A stretch of 64,000 nucleotides of DNA. It comes from Adineta vaga. Its lineage: Eukaryota > Animalia > Rotifera. Position 1 is the first letter of the stretch. Each line of letters begins with the position of its first letter. A program made the translations under genes and the position numbers. The stretch is taken from positions 10,602,001 through 10,666,000 of the forward strand of contig CP075494.1 of assembly GCA_021613535.1 (NCBI GenBank), read 5' to 3'. Under the pieces are notes generated by a model. The model worked only from the letters and a program-made list of their open reading frames with translations. It did no database searches and was not told where the DNA came from. Below are positions 55,702 through 64,000 of the stretch, one piece after another.

Positions 55702-57802
55702 TATTCTAATAATTAGTTGAATGTTAAGAAAAGAAAATGGATTTCACTAATACTTTGATTCAATGATGAAGTAAAGAAAAAAAAGTGAAGTTCATTCATT
55801 TGATAGAAGTATTATATTAGGTTTGATCCCTTCTCTCTCTTTTTCTCTCGAAAAAGAAATTCGTATGCAAAACAAGGTCAAATCATATCCGTTTGTCTAG
55901 GTAGTAGTAGCTTACATAAAATTTAATTCATGATTCATGTTCGAGTAATATTAGTGCAATGTATCACATGTAAAACTTTTTTTTTCTTCGTCTTGTTCTT
56001 CCTTTCCTTGTTTGACTATGCATATATTCTGTTTTGCATGTACCTTGTATGAATGCCTCACAATGATGTGAATGTATATACTTAAGTTGAAGAAAAGAGT
56101 AAAATAATGTTGGACTAATATTATATTGTTGATTATGCATGAATACAATCTTTTGCATGTTCTTGACATGATAAACTTTCCATAAGAATAATTGTAAAAG
56201 TGAAGTTTCAAGGTACATATTTTGACTCTTTACTTAATTTACTTTCTCGAGTAGCATGTCCATATATACTTCATGAATAAATCAACTTCATTGATATTGA
56301 AATTAACGTAGAAAAATGCGAACTTTAGAATTATCATATAATCAGTAAATATCATCTCACATTATGTTAGATTAGTATATGATGACATAGAATATACAAA
56401 TGCATTGGATTTAATAAAGAAATGTTGCTTTTTTCCTCTTAATAGAGTAAATGAGACTACATTCTGTTGATTGACAAAAAGAACATAATTTTCTTTAGTT
56501 CAATTACGGTTATTAGTCTGAAATACACATTCAACAGTGCATGTTTGAAGAAGAAAAAACATTACGCCGATGAGTGTGCATGATTGAATAGCTTAACTAT
56601 ATTAGTAGAAATTTTCGTTTTAGAAATAAAAGAAAAAGTCAGGAAAAAGAAGGAAGAAGAAAACGAGAAAGGTTTATTTCTACTAGAAAATAAATATATC
56701 CACCTTCAAGAATAATCTCATAAGTATACTTCTGATATATGTTATTTTTTATCATTACGGAAAATAACGTAAGTAGCGTAAAAAAACCGGAAATGTAGTC
56801 TTACTCAATGAGTCTATATTTGTTAGATTTTTTCAAGGTTGAGAGATGATGATGATTGATTGTAAGAGATGTTATCAAATGAAAATGTTGAAAAACAAGA
56901 AAAAAACGCATTCATCTATACTCGAAAGTAGAAAATTAACGAGATAGCTTAACTTCCAGGAAATTAAAGTCGTATATGATCAAGATCATCGCCTTAATGG
57001 TATTTTGATGGTCTTAGTTTTTCGAAAGAAAATCTTTTAGTCATCTACGTATAAATGATCAATCATAATGTTGACATGTTGATGCAGAATATTCATTTGA
57101 GAAATTAAAAAAGAAAACTAGAGAAAAAAAAAGAAATGTCATTGACTTTTGCATTCATTTGACTCGTGTTGACAGGTCTTTATTATATGAACTGAACGTT
57201 TAATGTTGAGAGTTTTTAGTTTGATCAATTGCAACCATATCTAAGCGGAAATGTGACTTTTCAAAAAACGATCTCATGCTCGACGTTATGTCTTGAGTTA
57301 TACTGAGTAGAAATAACGAACTGAAAATAAAAAAGATCAAGTGAACATTTTTCACTTGTATATCATTAAAATGATTGTATCTCTTGAGAAGATGCGTTGT
57401 TACCTGACGCTCCTATGTCAGAAACACAAGACACGCTTATTCTTTCTGTTGAGTTTATATCTTTTGCATGCAAACTCATTTGTCAATCCTTCGAGAAAAT
57501 ACGGCACTTTCTGTTCTTTTTTGCATTTAATGATATGACGCACATGATAGCTGTAGATATAGATACGTAAAACGTCTGTCAACTGGTTTATATTGACACA
57601 CTCGATGATCGTTTGAACATAACTTTGAATATTGTTCTTTCTTTCTTTATATTTATCGAATGGTTTTAGTATTCTCCGTGTTAATATTAATGAAGCAAAA
57701 AAACGCAGAGGGAAAATACATCTAGTATTTCTTCGTTTCTTTTTTTCTTCTCCGTTTTTTTTCTCTTTTTGTCTTGAACTTTTCTCTCTCTTGTTTTTTT
57801 CG

Positions 57803-60800
57803 ATGCATTTTTCTCATCATCGTCCATCACGGCAGACAATTAAGGACGTATCTCGATCGTTGAAGCCAGATCCTGATGTTGGTCTTTCATTTCTTTATCG
57901 TTCATCAAGACGAGGTTCACGCTTAAGTTATCCATCGTTTCCAACTTATTATTCCTTGGTATATATTCACATGCCGCACTTATCAAAGAATAATACGCGT
58001 TCGGCACATTCAAATTTCCAAATTTTATTATACAATTTTCTGGAACGACCAGCTGGTTACAAATGTTTTATCTATCATTTTACTGTGTACGTATAAGATT
58101 TCTGACAGACAGAAGAGAAGAATTCATTCGATTTATATTACCATCTTGACTAAAAAAGACAAGTGATCTTATCGAAGTTATGAAAAAGAACCTTTTTTTT
58201 TCAATTTAGGTTTCTAGTGGTGCTCGTTTGTCTGGTACTATCCGTTTTAACAACTATTGAAAAATTTTCTTCAAGTTTAAGTTCATATGTTTATTGGATT
58301 GAAATCTTTCTTGTTCTTTTCTTTGGTATCGAATATGTTTCACGACTTTGGTCAGCAGGATGTCGAAGTAAATATATGGGCATAGCAGGTCGATTTCGAT
58401 TTGCACGAAAACCAATTGCAATTGTCGGTAGGATTGATAGAAAAATATCTAACATTCAAAGATAACTTTTGTCTTCCATATTCAATATAGATTTACTTGT
58501 TGTTATTGCATCAACATTAATGATTACTTTAGCAGCCGATCGTCAAGCATTCGCTGCGTCTGCAATACGTGGTGTTCGATTTTTACAAATTTTACGTGTA
58601 CTACATGTTGATCGACATGGTGGTACGTGGCGCTTATTAGGAAGTGTTGTTTATATTCATCGACAGGTAAAGAAAAACGAAAGGAATTATTAAAACAACT
58701 CAAATTTCTTTTCTTCTCTTGTTTTATAGGAATTAATTACAACATTATATATCGGATTTCTTGCATTGATTTTCTGTAGTTACCTTGTTTACATAGCTGA
58801 AAAAGATGAGAAGGGCGCAGGAGATTTACGCGGTGCCAAAGGTAATGATAGTCATTTTGAATCTTATGCTGATGCATTATGGTAAGTTAGAAAAGAAAGT
58901 AATCAGTATAATGTATTTGAAAATACTTTCTATTCAATAGGTGGGGTGTGATCACGATAACGACGATTGGGTAATGAATATTTTAATAATTAATGTAGTT
59001 TTCATTTGGAAATATTTAGTTACGGTGATGTTTATCCGGTAACATGGTTTGTAAACGAATATGAATCGTGAAATAATTATTTATTCTATATTAAAATATT
59101 TAAGGGTTGGAAAGATAATCGCTGCATGTTTTGCTATATTTGCTATATCATTTTTTGCGTTGCCTGCTGTAAGCTGAAAGAAAATGAAATGGACTGAATA
59201 CCCAAATGAATAGTTTTGTCTTTGTTTTTCATTTAGGGTATTCTTGGATCCGGTTTTGCATTGAAAGTTCAACAAAAACAACGTCAAAAGCATTTTTCTC
59301 GTCAAATACCTGCCGCAGCAACACTAATTCAAGCTGCATGGCGTGCTTATGCAAGTGCTCCAGGTTCTACATGTGTTGCTACTTGGAATATGTATTTACG
59401 TTCGGCAGATTCAAATACAGTCTCATCAAATAATAAGACATATCCACCAAATAATCAAACATTTGGTGGTATGTTACGATTGATTTTTTGTCCTTTAGAA
59501 TAGATATGAAACTTGAAATTTTCTATACAGAAAAAACAGCTGAAAAACTCCGATATTTACGTTTGTCAACAGCACATCGAAAAAATCGTCAGAAACGAAA
59601 TAGTCAAATTCCACCATCACCGAATCTCTTACAATCACCCATGCTAAGTGAACCACGAGGTTCAACATCATCAACATCAAATACAACAGGTTTAGACAAG
59701 TAAAATTCCGTTAAATTTGATTAGAATTCTTTCATCTATTAAAGGTTGTTATCTATTGTCTAGTAATGATCATGATGATGAAGATTTCGAAGAAGAACCT
59801 ATTAAACTTTGCTCGTAAGTAATCAATGGATGCACGAATCTTCGTTAAAGTGAGCGTCTATGTATCGATTGTTTTTTCTTTCTCATTTTATTCCGATTCG
59901 ACAAAATAATCCACTGACTCAGTTAGTGTTTCTTCGAATATATATTTTAGTCTTTCTTTTCGGCATATAATTACGTTTGCATGTAATAATGAATCATTAA
60001 AAATGTTTAAACAATTATATTTAAAGAAGGAATGTTTTCTACTACGCCGAATGAAAAAGTTTCTTATCACGCACTAAAAACAAAATCCATCTGTTGAACG
60101 ATAAGCTCGTGAAGGAAACGAGAAAGAACTCTTAGTAGAAGATGAATAAGGTGATAATTTGATTGACATTGGAGTGTCTATGAGGCTTGTGTAATGAATC
60201 GGACGATTTCTCTTCTCTTTTTTTTGCTGAATACGTGATTGACATTGTTGCTTTTATTTTAATCTAAGAAAGTTATTTATTCTAAGACGTCTATCGCGCT
60301 TGTCTACGATCGAAAATGCGAGTCACATATTAGGAAATCGAAGACGCGGGTGATGTGTTATTTCCGACTTGTTAACTGAATAATTATTAATATCAACATT
60401 ATTTTCTGTTCTTTTAGTTTAACTGAAGATCATAAACGAATGATAAGATGTGTACGAAAAATGCAATTAATTGTTGCTCGTAATCGATTTCAAGTAAAGA
60501 AGCAAAATAAATAATATTAGTATCTTTATCAAATAATTTCCCAATGGTTTTTCTTTTATTCTTTTAGATAGCAAGAAAACCATATGATGTACGTGATGTG
60601 CTTGAACAATATTCTCATGGACATATTAATATGATGATGAGAATAAAAGAATTACAACGGAAGTAAGAGATTTGGATTGTTTTTAAGAGATATATTTTTC
60701 TATGTGAGAAGATGTACAGAAAAAGAATAGATGTTCATTGTTGATACAAAATAATTTGTGACTTCCATTTGTTGTTTTTTTCATTTAGAATTGAACATAC

Positions 60801-61044
60801 GATTGGTAAACCAGCTTCGGGAACAAGTGATGATCGTGCAAAATTAACTGTTCTTTCTCGAATGCAACGTGTTGAAAATGCCGTTGGTGATATGAGACAA
60901 ACAATGGAAAATATTTTAGGATTATTAAAATATGTTGATGAAAAAATTGATCGATTATCAGCAAACAACAGTCAGCGATCAGCAAGATCTATAGCAGCAC
61001 AGATGAACGTGAAATTTTCTTCTGTACCCGAAGAAATACCATAA
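57803..61044 (+). CDS. KCNQ1: KCNQ1-like (Kv7) voltage-gated potassium channel
   Basis: [21 protein letters not shown]4 [29 protein letters not shown], pore [68 protein letters not shown]. Start codon uncertain (57803 or a later ATG). Confidence 0.93.
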
Positions 61045-61118
61045 AAAAAAACTTATCTTTTTTTTTCATCTTTTCAATCAATATTTGCAGAGAAAAAAAA
61101 AGATACACAAAGATTTTT

Positions 61119-61523
61119 TTATAGATCAGAAACAAGTCGATTTGATATATGATATTGATTGGAAATAGATTGTTTTATTTCTTTCGAATTTCGGTGTTCA
61201 GTAAAAGAAGTTGTTAATATGTGTAAGGGATGTGTTAATTCATTATTTGCTCGTGATTGTCGTATCAATGTTGGTTCAATCGATTGATTAAGAACAATTA
61301 ATAGATGATCATTTAATTGTTTTTCTAATTCATGTTTCTTCTTTTGAGAACGAGTGTAACGTCGATAGGAGATAAAATTATAGACTAAATAAGAAACTAA
61401 GATTAAGGAAAGACTAAGTAATAAAGAAAAAATATAGAGATTGGTACGATCAGTCGATTGTTTTGGTGATGAAATAAAGATTCGATGTGTTTGATCAATA
61501 GATTTATTATTTGATTCAGTCAT
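61119..61523 (-). CDS. Small intronless single-pass membrane protein (134 aa), KCNE-like features
   Basis: No signal peptide, N-terminal NKS sequon, one TM (LYIFSLLLSLSLILVSYLVYNFISY), then RRYTRSQKKKH. Convergent with KCNQ1. Confidence 0.7.
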   Translation of the reverse strand: MTESNNKSIDQTHRIFISSPKQSTDRTNLYIFSLLLSLSLILVSYLVYNFISYRRYTRSQKKKHELEKQLNDHLLIVLNQSIEPTLIRQSRANNELTHPLHILTTSFTEHRNSKEIKQSISNQYHISNRLVSDL

Positions 61524-62630
61524 TGTAAAAGATAGAAATTCATCATTGTGAATGAAAATAATCGCTTCTTCTTCTTCTTCTTCTTCTTGAATATATTAAG
61601 ACAGAATCTAATAAATCGATCAACAATAAGATAATAATATATATCGATCAAAGAAGTATTCAAGTGTACCTGACAGTGTTAATACTAACAATAAGATTGA
61701 CTAATGTCATCGTCTTTTCTTCAATAATAGATTGTCATTGCTAACGGCTATTTTATCTTGTTCGCATTTTTTCCGATATGAAATAATTCTATTTGATTAT
61801 TTTCACAATTTTCTTATAAAAGTTCATCAATATTCTGCAAATGTACATCGAAGCTAAGTATGAAAAATATTCACGTCGTTCAATTATGGAGAAATACTTC
61901 TAGCAAAAAGAAAAAAAAAGAAGTTTTTCATTAATTAAATAAGCAAAAACAAAAGAAAAATCTTGGTGTTTTTTAACCTACTTTATATGTCTAATTTTGC
62001 TGTTGAGACTTCGGCAAAAAAAAAAGAAACTGAATTTGATGGATATATCCTTTCTAATGATTAAATTTTATGAATATTCCATTAATCGTGATGGGTAACA
62101 GAGGAAATGTGTTTCAAAACCATACAATATTAATATAATACAAGTGGAAACTTTTAGTTATAGTGTATTCAGGAAAATAAATATCCTGTTTTTCTTCTAT
62201 GCATAGCATTTATGTTGTAAGTTTACTTGATGTACTAAGAAACTCACTGATTTTGTAAAATTGATAATAAAAATAATGTTTCTTAACAAGTATGTTTTTG
62301 TTTTTCAATAATCACACTGAGTTGCAAACTTTGTACTATCAGCAATATTAAAGACATAAACTGTATTTCGTCTACTATTATCATGAGATTTATATGCGAA
62401 ATAAATAAGTTTTCATCCTTCAAAGTATAGAACGAGTACAGATTCAATTATACTCTAAGATAATTGAATCATCTAGAATATAATTATGTGATGTATTTCC
62501 TTTTTGTAGAAAGTCTATACTAAGATTCTTATCCATCATTATTTCATGAACCTTCTTCGATTCAAATCAGTCATTTCGACTCAACAATTATAAGAGTCAA
62601 TTGTATATTTCTTTTTTTTTAAATAGAATT

Positions 62631-62972
62631 GTTGCTCTGGCAGATTAGTGTCACCGCTGATCCGCACGTTTTTGTCATTGCAACATGTTTTCCGATGAAA
62701 AACAACCTATATCTCTTGGGAAGTCTAATAAGTAATTTCTTTACTGATTACACAGAGCACGACATCTGGTTACTTCGACACATTCTCCTTCCATAATCTC
62801 GCTCTATATATAGATGCGATGTGTAAGGACAAAGCAAGGTTTCTCTACTTTTAACTAATCAAATAATTACTTCTTACAATTTACCAAGAGGTAGAGATCT
62901 CTTTTAATCCAGAAGCATGTTGCAATGATGAAAAACAGCAGATCAGTGGTGACACAAATCTGCCAGAGCGAC
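62631..62972. mobile_element. Degenerate MITE/foldback-like element with ~65 bp inverted arms
   Basis: GTTGCTCTGGCAGATTAGTGTCACCGCTGATCCGC at 62631 versus the reverse complement of 62938-62972, GTCGCTCTGGCAGATTTGTGTCACCACTGATCTGC (31/35 identical). Similarity continues inward (TCATTGCAACATG). No TSD identified. Confidence 0.55.
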
Positions 62973-63251
62973 ATTTTCATAAAAATTACAAATGATTTGT
63001 TCACTTAAAACTTGTGTGATTCAATGAATTTGTTTTGCAACATTAAATTGCGTTATCCTCTTCTATTAAACAGATTATTGTTTTGTAATATAAAGCATGA
63101 TAAATGATGTTAAACATTGCCGAAAAAATCGAGGGTGTGGATGTGGGTATATCTTCTTGACTCACATCTATACCCACATTCTCAGTAAAGTGAATTCGCC
63201 ACAAAATCATATTTCTTATCATATGAGAAATATCATTTAAATGAACGATAT

Positions 63252-63931
63252 TCACAACAAATTAAACATTTCATGAAAAAACACCAAAATAAATATAATC
63301 AATCAAGAAAAATATTTCCTCAGTATAATGATGAAGAATTTCAATGGGCTTATTATGCAATAAATACACGATATGTTCATTTTGATATGGAAACAGATTG
63401 AAAAGAACAAGATGATAATCTTTGTCTTATTCCATATTTAGATTTTGTTAATCATTCAATTTAACCAAATACAATTTCAAAATCTAGCCTCAAAACACGT
63501 TCATATGAAATTCGTTCAATAAAACTGATTGAATTGAATGAAAAAAAATACTTTCCAATGAACAAATCCAAATTTATAAATCATATAATTATTGGAATAC
63601 ATTAGAATTTTATCCAGTTGATAATGATCTTTCATAGACAGTGATTAAAGCAATTGAATTAACTATTAATCAAACAGAATGGTCACTATATGATGATCCA
63701 TTAACAAAAGAATTAAAAAATAAACTTCAACAATATATTAAATTAGTTCAAGAAAATATTGAAAAAGATTTTCCACAATGGACTATACCGAACGTTTTTC
63801 TAATTATTCTTCATGATACATCTATTGTTATTAATAAATCAATTGTTAGAACTTATATTTTCTTTTCTTTTGTTCAGATTTGGATCTTCAATCGTAAAAA
63901 AATTGAAAAAATGTATACAGTAGACGGATGA
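63252..63931 (+). pseudogene. SET-domain (SETD4/Rubisco-LSMT-type) methyltransferase pseudogene fragment
   Basis: EEFQWAYYAINTRYV...LCLIPYLDFVNHS motif with in-frame stops TGA 63399-63401 and TAA 63462-63464. The downstream SET-closing Y-G motif is not visible and no 5' half is present. Confidence 0.75.
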
Positions 63932-64000
63932 TAAATATAGTGTAGTAGAAATTGATCACGATCACGAATCAAGTGACAAAATAAAACTCAAATACACTTA

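Noticed and set aside
59951-60150. Other possible alternative exons in the long KCNQ intron
   Set aside because: The splice combinations I tried give frameshifts or stops.

Overview
Eukaryotic, very AT-rich, gene-dense animal DNA with many ~40-70 nt GT-AG introns and the standard genetic code. Composition, intron size, the F-box/LRR and B-box/NHL families and an intronless bacterial-type gene suggest a bdelloid rotifer (inference). Genes in order: a partial S/T/P-rich gene, an F-box/LRR pseudogene, an orphan single-pass membrane gene, a WD40-less WDR91-like gene head-to-head with UNC-45, WDR90, a tandem trio of tiny secreted C-x18-C peptide genes, an EF-hand gene, a divergent Dispatched-like RND gene, a GM2-activator/ML gene, an intronless rifampicin-phosphotransferase/PEP-synthase-like gene (probable HGT), PIP4K2, Ovo, a rhodopsin-type GPCR, an unknown gene, a B-box/NHL gene, NeuroD, a claudin-like tetraspan, a KCNQ1-like channel tail-to-tail with a KCNE-like single-pass ORF, a foldback/MITE-like repeat and a SET-domain pseudogene. 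Best candidates for new biology: (1) the three-gene secreted disulfide-loop peptide cluster at 18.4-20.9 kb, which the ORF track essentially misses, (2) the KCNQ1 plus KCNE-like pair, and (3) the Rph-like foreign kinase. Exon structures were derived by hand and homology calls are from recalled motifs, not database searches.
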